Shown here: in pieces, positions 23,983-33,618 of the stretch
How positions within the stretch are numbered: position 1 is the stretch's first letter
Layout of the letters: each line of letters opens with the position of its first letter
DNA from: a virus
Lineage: Duplodnaviria; Caudoviricetes
IMG/VR virus record: IMGVR_UViG_3300044580_000104
Span: 1-43,741 of that record
Length of the DNA stretch: 43,741 bases
Direction: 5' to 3' (one strand)
Notes under the pieces: model-generated
Told to the model about the DNA's origin: nothing
Seen by the model: the letters and a program-made list of their open reading frames with translations, nothing else
The model's database searches: none
Position numbers and translations under genes: made by a program

Positions 23983-24240
23983 TTAGCTTTGTTTTGGTTC
24001 ACCCATGAACTTTGGACCTTCAAAGACAAAGTCTGGACACTCGAACACCGGAGTAACCATTCCGGTGAGCAGATCAACGCCAAAAAGTAAATTGGCTTTC
24101 GGACAGTTTTCTTCTGGAATTCCCGGTTTGAATTTTGCGCAGAAATGACACAGGCAGCACTGACGGTGCGTGCCTTTCTGGTTTTCGTCAACCCAGACAG
24201 TCTTGCCGTGGTGCTCGTATTGGATAAATTTTTGTGGCAT
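23983..24240 (-). CDS. Cys-rich hypothetical protein
   Basis: CCLCHFC...C...C; AGGAG RBS. Confidence 0.65.
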   Translation of the reverse strand: MPQKFIQYEHHGKTVWVDENQKGTHRQCCLCHFCAKFKPGIPEENCPKANLLFGVDLLTGMVTPVFECPDFVFEGPKFMGEPKQS

Positions 24241-24248
24241 AGCGACTC

Positions 24249-25259
24249 CTATTTGACGTAATCGATGTACGCCTGGTTGATCCAGGCTTTCTCATTCCAG
24301 ACCTTGACCCAGGTCATACTCTTACCGTTATCAGAAGGGACAACCTGCTGCAAACCTTTTTCAAGCATGATCGTTTCACTGGCATGGATGATGCCTACCG
24401 AGTAACTGAAATCAGCCGGGAAAGGTCGTTTGTTGAGCGCTGAATATTCTGGCTTCAACTGAGCGGTGTCGAAGTCGACAACGGTCGGCAGCGGCGTTTT
24501 GCTGATCCCGAAGTAGGCGTACATTTCCTCTTTTGTACCGCGCATGAAGTTTCCATCGATCGGGATCTTCACGCCAGGAATGCGTGCCCGGTCACCCGTC
24601 CACTGCCACAGCATCGGGTCCACCACGGGGTTTTTGAGATAGTTTCCGTATGGTTTCACCGGCCCGCGCTCCCATAACTGCGCGAACGTGAGCGTAGTCT
24701 CAAAGCGCGGGTAGTAGGTGTACAGAGCGCCCCAGTGGCGCTTACTAGCCAGCCACAGCTTATCGCTGGGTTGGCAGAAAATGCGCTTCAACCACTCATC
24801 CCGGCTGTAAATGCCGGTGATGTGTTTTGTGTCCATGCCCCATTCGTCCAGGGTGTCCGAGTAGTCCATGTTCACCCGGCGAATATCTGCTTGCGGAATC
24901 TTAATCACGGCAGATTGCGGAATCTTGCCTTGCAGCGCGGCCAGGTATTGAGCGAAGTATTTGTATTCCTGTTCAGCGTCAGCCCATCCGGACGGGATGC
25001 CGAACATATCCAGGCGTTGGATAAAGCGGGACGCCTGCTGCTTTCCGTCGTAGTTTGGATCGACCCAGCCGTATAGGCCCAGCACGAGCATTCCAGCAGC
25101 TCGTGCCCTGGCCACGTGTACCTCGGTCATAGCGTCATCTTTCAGGATGATCGCATCAACACCACCGGCTACCAGTGCTGCGTAGTCTGGCATGATGTCG
25201 TAATGTGACATATCGAATACCCGCGCGTTGCGCTTCTGCATGTTCCAGGCTTCTAACAC
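24249..25259 (-). CDS. Endolysin: divergent GH25-like catalytic domain plus SH3-like C-terminus
   Basis: VFDMSHYD..DY..L...GVDAIILK, GLYGWV, DAE, GIYS, LWQWT...IPGV..PIDGN; C-term WVKV...AWI...Y. Confidence 0.7.
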   Translation of the reverse strand: MLEAWNMQKRNARVFDMSHYDIMPDYAALVAGGVDAIILKDDAMTEVHVARARAAGMLVLGLYGWVDPNYDGKQQASRFIQRLDMFGIPSGWADAEQEYKYFAQYLAALQGKIPQSAVIKIPQADIRRVNMDYSDTLDEWGMDTKHITGIYSRDEWLKRIFCQPSDKLWLASKRHWGALYTYYPRFETTLTFAQLWERGPVKPYGNYLKNPVVDPMLWQWTGDRARIPGVKIPIDGNFMRGTKEEMYAYFGISKTPLPTVVDFDTAQLKPEYSALNKRPFPADFSYSVGIIHASETIMLEKGLQQVVPSDNGKSMTWVKVWNEKAWINQAYIDYVK

Positions 25260-25261
25260 AG

Positions 25262-25708
25262 TTACACTCCCTTCTCGAAAAATGGTTCTGGATCAACTAT
25301 GCCGGCTGGATAACCGGCGGTATTCATTCCTTCAACTTTCATGGTCAAATGCAGGTGAGGACCGCCGGAGTGGCCGGTATTTCCGGACAAGGCGATCAGC
25401 TCACCGGCTATGACTTTCTTTCCATTCCAGACAAACGACTTTGACAGGTGAGCGTAAATGGTCGTTACCTGCCACTCTACCCCACGATCATCGATAACCT
25501 GGTGCCCGATGGTGATGTGTAAGCCGTAGTTTCCATGTGAATCAACCTCGACCACGATTCCATCGGCGCAGCAATGCACCGGATCACCAGGGGGGCAGAG
25601 AAAATCAACACCCTCGTGACCGGCGAATCCATACGGCATATAGTTTTCCGGATGATCGCCGAAATGCTGGTTGATATCCCGTTTTACCGGTCGCTGGATC
25701 GTGAACAT
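25262..25708 (-). CDS. M23 family metallopeptidase
   Basis: HEGVDF, YG..I...H, TIYAHL, SGNTGHSGGPHLHL, VDP. Confidence 0.92.
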   Translation of the reverse strand: MFTIQRPVKRDINQHFGDHPENYMPYGFAGHEGVDFLCPPGDPVHCCADGIVVEVDSHGNYGLHITIGHQVIDDRGVEWQVTTIYAHLSKSFVWNGKKVIAGELIALSGNTGHSGGPHLHLTMKVEGMNTAGYPAGIVDPEPFFEKGV

Positions 25709-25710
25709 GG

Positions 25711-26007
25711 TTATTTTCCTTTGGTCAGTTTGTTCAACTTGGCCGTTTTCTCGGCAGTCATGGTCTCGCCTTTGCGGATCACGATTGCGGCGTCGGTGTC
25801 CGTGGCATCCACGGCGCGGTTCATTGCGAATACCGTGGCCTCAAGACCGGCGGCGTCGCCGTCACGTAGGAAAATGTGTGCAGCATTCAGAATGTGCAAG
25901 ACCTTTGTATACGCGGTCACGTCAGCGCCTTTGAGCTGACGCTGCTCGATCTCGGATTGCAGGATGGCCATTGCCGTAGCAATAAGGGAAATGACAACGT
26001 AGATCAT
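25711..26007 (-). CDS. Hypothetical protein with N-terminal hydrophobic helix
   Basis: MIYVVISLIATAMAIL; upstream of lysins. Confidence 0.55.
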   Translation of the reverse strand: MIYVVISLIATAMAILQSEIEQRQLKGADVTAYTKVLHILNAAHIFLRDGDAAGLEATVFAMNRAVDATDTDAAIVIRKGETMTAEKTAKLNKLTKGK

Positions 26008-26657
26008 TTGTTACCTCCGTTCAGTTTTTTTGTTTCCTCTCTCGTCAATCCGATCGCCAGAAGAACGGCTCCGGATTCAATGCCCTCGATGAGTGGCTTT
26101 TCCTTACCAGGTTCGGTCAGGGTTTCAAGTAGGGCATTCAAATTGCCGCCGACATCACGCTGCCCAAGCAGGAATTGACGGTTCAGGCGGCGGTACCAGT
26201 ATTCTTCTTCCTGGGCTTCGAGAGCGTTCTTGTCCGCTTTTGGAATCTCTTGAAGAATGGCATACAAGGTCTCGCACTCCTGAAGACGGCCAGCGAGAAG
26301 GATGTTTTGTTGCTCGATGGAACGCTTCTTTTTGCCTATCTCAATGCCGAGTTTTTCAAATTCTAGCGATTGCAGATAATTCATCTTGCCGTTGTCCATG
26401 CTCCTGCGTTCTGCTTCGATGATCTCGATGTCTATCTCGGTAAGCCGGATCTCATCCGTGATATTAGCCAACTCGAACATAAGACCTTGCAGCTCAACCA
26501 GAACCTGCTGACGTTGGCGTGCAGGTAGATCATGCTGCCCGACAACGAAATGCCGGAGCGCATAATCTGACCGCCCCTGGGAAAGCTCGATCATCTCATC
26601 GAGCAGATCCCGAAGTTTCGATTCTTCTTTCTTTGCTTCAACGATCTTGTTTTCCAT
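26004..26657 (-). CDS. Coiled-coil hypothetical protein following the receptor-binding protein
   Basis: AGGAGA RBS; helical, charged. Confidence 0.65.
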   Translation of the reverse strand: MENKIVEAKKEESKLRDLLDEMIELSQGRSDYALRHFVVGQHDLPARQRQQVLVELQGLMFELANITDEIRLTEIDIEIIEAERRSMDNGKMNYLQSLEFEKLGIEIGKKKRSIEQQNILLAGRLQECETLYAILQEIPKADKNALEAQEEEYWYRRLNRQFLLGQRDVGGNLNALLETLTEPGKEKPLIEGIESGAVLLAIGLTREETKKLNGGNK

Positions 26658-26685
26658 TCTTTTTTTCTCCTGTTTTCAGAATGAG

Positions 26686-28329
26686 TTATAAGGCGGCGTA
26701 ACTTGCAAACCCGCCTCCCGTGTAAAGAGGATAATTACTGAACGACGCGTAAGTTCCGGTGCTCGCGGATAGCTTGTTTGCGGCAGCCGCCCCGCTAACA
26801 TACCCGTATGCCACGCCGTCGGTAACACAAGCTCCCAGGATAATATTTCCGGCTGGTGTGCTGCTATGGTTTGCATCTGTTGCCGTCGCGTACGTTAGCT
26901 TCCTGGTGTAGGCCGTTCCGGAGCCATTGTTGTAGCACCTGTACCCAGCAGAAGCCAAAATGCTGACATAGCAATACCCTTCGGCGTAATTCCCAAGATA
27001 AGCCGAAGCGGTATCGGTGAATGTTTCAGTAGAGATGTCCAATTTGTCGGTGTTTACAGAAAGACCACCGCCAACGTAGCAATAGGTGCCATCAGACACG
27101 CCGCCCTGGCTGACACGTGTACAAGTGAGGTTGTTCCCGGAGCTTTCCGCATCAGTAGCAAAGGTTGTTTTTACAGTACAGTTTGAATTTGAACCGCCAG
27201 TTCCGGTACCCCCAGCCGCCCATCCCTTTGTCGAGAAATTGATCCCGGAACGGTGATTGTGTCTGGTGATGGAAGAGACGGTCAGCGTTGAAATTGTCTC
27301 GGTAGAATACGGGATTTTGTACCGGGTATTTTGAGCATTTGCGTTTGCCCCATCTGTTGATCCAAAAAACAGAAAAGCCGCAACTGTTCCGTAACTCATT
27401 CCAGCACCGCGAGCACGGTTACCGCCAAGCTGAGCACCGGCAACAGTAGCCCAGGTTTCAGTGGCCATTGTGAATTTTTGAGATGTTGCGTAACCGATGC
27501 TCGTTCCGCTCCATCCGCCAAAATTCCAACCAGACGTACCAATAATCGCCTGGCGATAATTGTCTACCAACATGGCGGTGACTGTTCCGATTGATCCGGC
27601 AGCTTTTGAGGAGAGAGCAATGGCGAAAACACCTGGCTCTCTGAAATACGATCCACCGGTGGCATATCCTGCTGTCGTTGAAGAGATCAGAAATTGGCCA
27701 ATAGCGATAGCCGCAGCGTCCACGTTGACAGTGCAAACCTTACCGGCGCCGGTGTATACGGGTCCACTGGCATTATTTGCAATGGCTGACTTGACCACTC
27801 CCATGACACGCAGGTCTTGCAGATAGGTGGTTGTGGTGAATGCAGATGCGTTCGCTGTATCAAAAGAGACGACGTCACCAGCAATGCGGTCTAAACCTGA
27901 TTTGTTCGTCAGAGTAGCAGCGTCTGAAGATCCACCTCCGCCGTATGGCACCCAGTTGGCCCCGTTGTACCGGAGTAAGAATGCACCAACGGTATCCAGT
28001 GTGACCGGAGATCCACCAGTGAGAAGGATGTTGCCGTACCCAGAGCGAAGAGAAACCACACGGGCAGTATTTGCAGACACCAGACCGATAACGTCGCCTG
28101 TGGCGCCGCCGGTGATGGTATCCAGGTCATCAGCAGATGCGCTCCCTTCAGTGTCTACCTGGTAATGGCTTTCTCCAACAGAAGGTGTAACCGCGATCGC
28201 GCCAGTAGCAATGGTCTTGTTTGCGCCAGCCACTGACAATAACCTGATCGCATCCTTGACCAGGTTGTTGTAAAGGGTTGGTGTTGCCTGGGTTTCACCT
28301 ACGGTCGGGATGGTTGCAGAATTAGGCAT
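26686..28329 (-). CDS. Tail fibre/receptor-binding protein with C-terminal beta-propeller-like repeats
   Basis: G/S/T/A-rich; ~45-aa repeats K(F/I/L)x(F/Y)(A/S)T(E/D)T; last structural tail gene. Confidence 0.7.
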   Translation of the reverse strand: MPNSATIPTVGETQATPTLYNNLVKDAIRLLSVAGANKTIATGAIAVTPSVGESHYQVDTEGSASADDLDTITGGATGDVIGLVSANTARVVSLRSGYGNILLTGGSPVTLDTVGAFLLRYNGANWVPYGGGGSSDAATLTNKSGLDRIAGDVVSFDTANASAFTTTTYLQDLRVMGVVKSAIANNASGPVYTGAGKVCTVNVDAAAIAIGQFLISSTTAGYATGGSYFREPGVFAIALSSKAAGSIGTVTAMLVDNYRQAIIGTSGWNFGGWSGTSIGYATSQKFTMATETWATVAGAQLGGNRARGAGMSYGTVAAFLFFGSTDGANANAQNTRYKIPYSTETISTLTVSSITRHNHRSGINFSTKGWAAGGTGTGGSNSNCTVKTTFATDAESSGNNLTCTRVSQGGVSDGTYCYVGGGLSVNTDKLDISTETFTDTASAYLGNYAEGYCYVSILASAGYRCYNNGSGTAYTRKLTYATATDANHSSTPAGNIILGACVTDGVAYGYVSGAAAANKLSASTGTYASFSNYPLYTGGGFASYAAL

Positions 28330-28864
28330 AATTTACCTCCAATGAATACTCGAACGTCAGGTCTCGAAGACCCGCTGAATTGTCGTAAGTTTGTAAATAG
28401 TGGCTGAATAAAGTCCCGCTATCCGGAGTCGCCGATGCTGCGGCTCCACCAAAAACACCAGCCTCCTTGATGTTGTAGGCAGATTCACTTTTCAGGTAGA
28501 ACTCCGAAAGGTATATCGTTGACCCAGAACGTGTTTTTGATGTCCATGTTTTCCTGGCTACCTCGGCCCCAAGCACCGTATCAGCGGACACAGGAGTGGT
28601 GGAACTTGTGCCGATGGCGTGGTAGGTCAGACCGGTGGTTTCGTCGCCTGTCAGCAGATCCCCAACCAGGGCAAGACCAGCAGACACGATCAGGTTCTTG
28701 ACCTCGCTTTCAAACACGAGGGCGCCGTGTTTCTTTTCGGCAAGGAGCATGGCTGTGTTCAGGCTGTACCCGTTCTCCAGGTATCTTTCGATTACGCCCG
28801 GTTTCCATGCACGTATCCGGGAGTAACCCGTCAGCTTGATGGATTCAGAATTTTTCATTGTCAT
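28322..28864 (-). CDS. Baseplate/tail-collar-fibre-like protein
   Basis: NLIVSAGL...HAIGTSSTTP..ADT.L..EVARK...IKEAGVF...GTLFSH; ATGA coupling. Confidence 0.65.
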   Translation of the reverse strand: MTMKNSESIKLTGYSRIRAWKPGVIERYLENGYSLNTAMLLAEKKHGALVFESEVKNLIVSAGLALVGDLLTGDETTGLTYHAIGTSSTTPVSADTVLGAEVARKTWTSKTRSGSTIYLSEFYLKSESAYNIKEAGVFGGAAASATPDSGTLFSHYLQTYDNSAGLRDLTFEYSLEVNYA

Positions 28865-30351
28865 GGTGTGAATGTCCCAAAACCCCAAATAAACGCATTC
28901 GCCGGGGTTTCTGAAAAGTAATATGGTCCGCTGGTAGCGGTCACAGATGTTGTCTCAGAAAGCTCGATCCCTTCAACGATTTGGAGCACTTCATCGAGCA
29001 CTTCCTCATCCGACCAGGAAATCTTTTGCTTACTGCTCTTTGCCAGCCTGAGCATGAAATCGATCAAACCGGGGTTATAGGTACCCATCGAAACCGAGTA
29101 GTACGCTCTGCCGTTTACGTCGATCTTTGTAGAGACCTTCTGGATCACGAACGAATCGTTGATCCCACGCAGGCTATCCACCAAAGTAACGATGTGTCCT
29201 GCTCGCAGCCCTGGTTGATCCACCTTCAAACTAATGGCGGTTTTTTCCATGCTGTTTTGTGCCAGCTTTGTCATGCCAGCCAAACGAGCCACGGCTTTGT
29301 CTGTGATCGTGGTATCGATGATCACGTCATCCATGTACATGCCGTAGTATTCGTAGCTTTCGGTGTCTTGTAGCCTGGTACGCAGCGGAACCTCGTACTT
29401 GGCTACCACCTTGACCGCATTCGGGAGATCAGGCCAGGCATTCTGCTGCTCGAGAACTTTTTCCTGGAAGTAATGCAAGACCTGACCGGTAGCGGTTAGG
29501 TCATCGATGTACCCGGTCAGTACGGTGAGCGCTGTCCATACCGGTGAGGCTTGCGTGCCATCGTTGCGGTACACCTGGATAGCCGTTTCTCCATCTGGAG
29601 CGTGCATCTTGAACGGAAGCGAGACGCGGGTATCTTGACCGGTTCCTGCGAGATAAAAAGTGGCGTCTTCCGAGTAGTAATTTCCACCAACAACTTCCAC
29701 GCGGTTGACAACGCCAGAACCATCCTTATTCACTTGCAAATCGTAGAAAGGATAAGTTGTTGACATATCCGGGCTGCTCGATAAACCAAAAGGAGCAGGG
29801 GTGCCGGATGTTCCAGTCTCAAAGAAATGCAGCTTTTTGTCGTAGTCGACATACCAGTCTGCATTGGCCAGGTTCGCCAGTTGTTTGATCGCGTCGAACA
29901 GGGTGCAGCGATTGAATCGCAGCCGGGTATGAGTCTTGATTTCTTCCACATAGGTGGACACGTCAAATCCTTCTCCGGGCAGGTACTTCGCAAAGAATGC
30001 GGCGATCATGGCCTTGTCGGTCATGTTGGAGTATTCCTCTTTGACAATTACCTTCTCAAAACGAACGGAATAATCGGACGCGTCCACTTTCGCATCGGTG
30101 TTCAGGTTGATACCTAATTCATCCTCTGTGGTTAGAAGGTATCCGCCAAAGATGCGTTCAGCGCCGTTCAGAGCAATTACCTCTTGCCAGCTCTCCAGGT
30201 TGAGACTGAGACTTTCGATAAGGGATGCCGAATATGTGTCCATCTGCTGCGTTAGGATGTTCTGGATCGACAACGATCCAGGCTTGATCTTGGCAGTGAC
30301 ATCAACGCCGCCGATGGTCACGGTAACGGTAAGCAAGTCAGGGAAGGTCAT
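28861..30351 (-). CDS. Tail tip/baseplate hub protein
   Basis: Directly after tape measure; IFGG, WYVDYDKKLHFF, NRVEVVG, LRAGHIVTL. Confidence 0.7.
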   Translation of the reverse strand: MTFPDLLTVTVTIGGVDVTAKIKPGSLSIQNILTQQMDTYSASLIESLSLNLESWQEVIALNGAERIFGGYLLTTEDELGINLNTDAKVDASDYSVRFEKVIVKEEYSNMTDKAMIAAFFAKYLPGEGFDVSTYVEEIKTHTRLRFNRCTLFDAIKQLANLANADWYVDYDKKLHFFETGTSGTPAPFGLSSSPDMSTTYPFYDLQVNKDGSGVVNRVEVVGGNYYSEDATFYLAGTGQDTRVSLPFKMHAPDGETAIQVYRNDGTQASPVWTALTVLTGYIDDLTATGQVLHYFQEKVLEQQNAWPDLPNAVKVVAKYEVPLRTRLQDTESYEYYGMYMDDVIIDTTITDKAVARLAGMTKLAQNSMEKTAISLKVDQPGLRAGHIVTLVDSLRGINDSFVIQKVSTKIDVNGRAYYSVSMGTYNPGLIDFMLRLAKSSKQKISWSDEEVLDEVLQIVEGIELSETTSVTATSGPYYFSETPANAFIWGFGTFTP

Positions 30352-33050
30352 CCTATTGTGACTCCCTGGGCTTTCATACGTTTGAAGATCACATCAGCAA
30401 CCTTTTCTGGATCGTCAGAGCCGGAAACGTTGATCGTGATGTAGTTGACTGTGCTGCCTGATGCGGAGGATACTGGCGTGGCGTAATTGGCCACGTTTGA
30501 CACATTCGCATACGGTTCGGCGATCATTCCGTTGACCGCGTTATTCATTGCGTTTTCCATGAGCGGTGCACCAGCCTGGATACCAACAGCTGCGCCAGCC
30601 GGCACAAAATAAAATAGGTCTTCCATGACCTTTGATGGGGACGCGATACCGAGGTCTTTTTTTATCTTGGCGATGAGTCGTTCCACCCCACCGGTAACCC
30701 ACTCGATGATCGCCTTCCAGCCATCCTGAATACCTTGTTTGATCCCATCGGCAATGTCTTTGCCGACCTGCAGAAAATCGCCGATCTTATCCTTGATCTT
30801 TTGCCATATCTCTGTGACTTTTCCACCAACAGCCGTGACGATCTCGCTGAATTTGGAGGATACAGAAGTCTTGATATCAGACCATGCGTTTGAGAAAGTG
30901 GTCTTTATGTTATTGATGATAGGGGTAAGAACATTGATTATTGGCGCGAACACCGCTGAGACAACCGAGACAATGGCATTCCAGGCGGTGGATGCTGCGT
31001 TCTTCAACCAATCCCAGGCTGCCGTAAACACTCCGGAAATGGCTCCCCAGATCGCAGAGAACGTGTCACCGACTGCCTGCCATACTCCCTGCCAGATCGG
31101 CGTGATCCAGGCAATGAAAGCGGCAATCTTTTCGTTGACCGCCGCGGTAATCCGCTGCCAGACGACGGTAACGATCAGGACAATGTCATCCCAAATTTTG
31201 CGCCAGCGCTCCCGGACTTCTTCGGTAATTCCGATGGAAATCAGGAAATTGTTGAAGCCAACCTGAAAACCGGTAACGAGGTTGGTCCAGAACGTGGTCA
31301 AGCCGGTAACGATGTTATTCCACAAATCTGTGAACCACTGACCGATGCTGTCCAGCCAGCCGATGATTCCGGAGCCTGCGTTATCTGATCCTTCGGAACT
31401 GCTGCCGATCAGGTTATTCCAAAAATCTTTTACACCTTGAACGATGCCATTCCAGGTATCCGAGAACCATTGTCCAATGTCTGCCAGCGATGTGCCGAAC
31501 AGTCCGGCGATCCAGTCCAGAGCTGCAACGAGGGTGTTCCAGATGGTGGCCCAGGCAGTAGCCGTTATCTGCTTCATCGTTTCCCATGCACCAGACCAGT
31601 CGCCAGTGGCAACCTGCATCATTAGCGTTGCCATTTTCAGAACGATGTCAATAATTCCGCTCAAGAGCGGTTCTACGACATTCCAGAACGACACGACCGC
31701 GTTGATCACGTACTTGAAAACTTCCGCTACCTGGGAGACGTACCGTTGGATAAGCGGTCCATTTTTTACGTACCAGGCAGTGACTTTGTCGAACTGGGTG
31801 ACGAACCACGGGATAGTTTTTCCGGCCAACTCACTGAACTTGGTGACCAGGGTTCCCCATACATCTTGAAAAATGGCTATCAATCCGGGGCCGTTTTGAT
31901 CCCAGAATGCCTTGATGTTATTGAATCCCTCGGTAAGTTTCGCGGGTACTTCTGCCTCTGAAAGCGTCTGCTTCAGGTTATTGAAACCTTCCCGGATGGG
32001 TGAAATGAATCCATTGATAATGTCCTGCGATTGCTGAGGAAGCCCTGCAAACAGAGCTTCGATGAATTCAGGTGACAAGACATCGCCTGTATCCTGAAAC
32101 ACCGCAGACAGGTTGGACAGATAATCGATAACGCCCTGGGTGAAGTCGCCGAACTTTTTACCGGCTTCTTCGAGAGCGCCGGAATTACTCAGATCGATAA
32201 ACTTGTTCAGGATACCGTTCAAGAAGTCGGTCACGACCTGCAGCGCCGGTCCAAAAACCTGCGGCATGGTCAGGATAAAGAGATCTGAAAAGGTGGACTT
32301 CAAACCCTCGAAGGTACGGCTCATACGCTGGGCCGCGCCACCGAACTGCTCGTTGGCATACTTCTCAAACGCACCGGCAAACTGCTCCCATGTGATCTTC
32401 CCGGCAGCAATCGCGGCGTTGAAATCTTCATAGTCGTTGATGGTCAAACCGAACTGCTCGCCGATCCCGGACAACGCACCATTCAGGTCAAAACCAGCCA
32501 TTGCGAGCTGCCGGACGTCCATCGCTGTGACCTTGCCCTGCATCCTGATCTGCGCCAGGTTGTAGCTCATGCGCTGAAGCATGTCGTCTGTTGCACCCAC
32601 ACCGGCGGCCATATTCAAAATTCCGTTCGTAAAGCTCATGGCCTCATCACTGGCAAACCCGAAGGCCATAGCCAGCCGGAAGGTGTCCTGGATCGTTCCC
32701 AGACGATAAGGGGATTGGATCGCAATATCTCGCAGTTTCCCTGCGAGTTTTTCTGCGAGTGGGGCTGCTTGATCCAGCGCGTCATTCAACGAGAGCGTAC
32801 CGTCGGCTGCTCTCAGCTCGCGCGACAGGAGCGTGGACAGCCCCATCTCGAATGTTTGCATTTGTGCAGTGGCATTGATCGCCTGAGCGCCAATGTCGAG
32901 GATTTGCCTGGCGATACTGGTGAGCATCTGCGCAGAGATAATTCCGCCGGCGATCTCGCCCATGCGTGACAGGGCACCACCGATACCACCCAGCGGCCCG
33001 GATGCTTGGTCTTTGCCTTCGACAAGAATTTGCAGTGTATAAGTCGTCAT
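30348..33050 (-). CDS. Tail tape measure protein
   Basis: 900 aa; LAQIRMQGKV, FGGAAQRMSRTFEGLKST; Trp-periodic repeats. Confidence 0.92.
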   Translation of the reverse strand: MTTYTLQILVEGKDQASGPLGGIGGALSRMGEIAGGIISAQMLTSIARQILDIGAQAINATAQMQTFEMGLSTLLSRELRAADGTLSLNDALDQAAPLAEKLAGKLRDIAIQSPYRLGTIQDTFRLAMAFGFASDEAMSFTNGILNMAAGVGATDDMLQRMSYNLAQIRMQGKVTAMDVRQLAMAGFDLNGALSGIGEQFGLTINDYEDFNAAIAAGKITWEQFAGAFEKYANEQFGGAAQRMSRTFEGLKSTFSDLFILTMPQVFGPALQVVTDFLNGILNKFIDLSNSGALEEAGKKFGDFTQGVIDYLSNLSAVFQDTGDVLSPEFIEALFAGLPQQSQDIINGFISPIREGFNNLKQTLSEAEVPAKLTEGFNNIKAFWDQNGPGLIAIFQDVWGTLVTKFSELAGKTIPWFVTQFDKVTAWYVKNGPLIQRYVSQVAEVFKYVINAVVSFWNVVEPLLSGIIDIVLKMATLMMQVATGDWSGAWETMKQITATAWATIWNTLVAALDWIAGLFGTSLADIGQWFSDTWNGIVQGVKDFWNNLIGSSSEGSDNAGSGIIGWLDSIGQWFTDLWNNIVTGLTTFWTNLVTGFQVGFNNFLISIGITEEVRERWRKIWDDIVLIVTVVWQRITAAVNEKIAAFIAWITPIWQGVWQAVGDTFSAIWGAISGVFTAAWDWLKNAASTAWNAIVSVVSAVFAPIINVLTPIINNIKTTFSNAWSDIKTSVSSKFSEIVTAVGGKVTEIWQKIKDKIGDFLQVGKDIADGIKQGIQDGWKAIIEWVTGGVERLIAKIKKDLGIASPSKVMEDLFYFVPAGAAVGIQAGAPLMENAMNNAVNGMIAEPYANVSNVANYATPVSSASGSTVNYITINVSGSDDPEKVADVIFKRMKAQGVTIG

Positions 33051-33253
33051 TTTTTCTTTTTCTCAGGTTGTTCTTCGATCCAGGCTCTCCACCGATAAAG
33101 CCACCGCAGTGTCAACGGTTCTCCGATGATCTCCCAGGGTGGCTTGTGGTACATATCCGCCATTGCGAATATCTCAGCCCACCAGGGAACCGGGTCAGAT
33201 GAGGCACCGGCCTTCCCGGTAAACTTTCTTAGGCCGCGCCTTTCGCCGGGGGG
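33047..33253 (-). CDS. Tail assembly chaperone GT extension (-1 frameshift product)
   Basis: -1 frame open from slippery C-CCC-CCG (33253-33247) to TGA overlapping TMP ATG; encodes ..PVPWWAEIFAMADMYHKPPWEII.. Confidence 0.65.
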   Translation of the reverse strand, partial: PPGERRGLRKFTGKAGASSDPVPWWAEIFAMADMYHKPPWEIIGEPLTLRWLYRWRAWIEEQPEKKKK

Positions 33254-33588
33254 ACTGAATCAGCGGCTCCCATGATCACCGAGAACATTTTTGTCAGCTC
33301 GTCAACAGTGACCAGGTCGAGGATTTGATTCTTTCCGAATTCATCTTCCGGCTCGATGATGTGCTCGAACAACAGGGCACGGGCGCCGTCAACATCTTCC
33401 GGGGTGGCTTTCTGTGGCTGGGTGAAGGCCCGCTGCGCAGCCAGCATGGCGCGGTAACGGGGCATGAATCCGGGGGCGTCCTTTTCAAGGGGGCGCACCC
33501 GGACTTTTAGCGTTTGCACGTCAAAGACTTTGGTCTTTTCGGCTTCGTTGGTAATGATCTCGATATTGTTGTTCGGTTGGTCAGACAT
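33229..33588 (-). CDS. Tail assembly chaperone (G-like)
   Basis: Between tail tube and tape measure; AGGAGA RBS. Confidence 0.7.
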   Translation of the reverse strand: MSDQPNNNIEIITNEAEKTKVFDVQTLKVRVRPLEKDAPGFMPRYRAMLAAQRAFTQPQKATPEDVDGARALLFEHIIEPEDEFGKNQILDLVTVDELTKMFSVIMGAADSVPPAKGAA

Positions 33589-33618
33589 TTTTTCTCCTGT
33601 TTATGCCTATGTTTTTGG

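Noticed and set aside
25589-25597. AGGGGGGCA, a 9-nt complement of the C-loop
   Set aside because: It is on the non-coding strand of the M23 gene, so the mRNA carries the loop-sense sequence; probably chance.
26686-28329. Diversity-generating retroelement target
   Set aside because: No reverse transcriptase and no template/variable repeat pair were seen in the window.
30700-31900. Trp-periodic repeats in the tape measure protein
   Set aside because: Ordinary feature of tape measure proteins.
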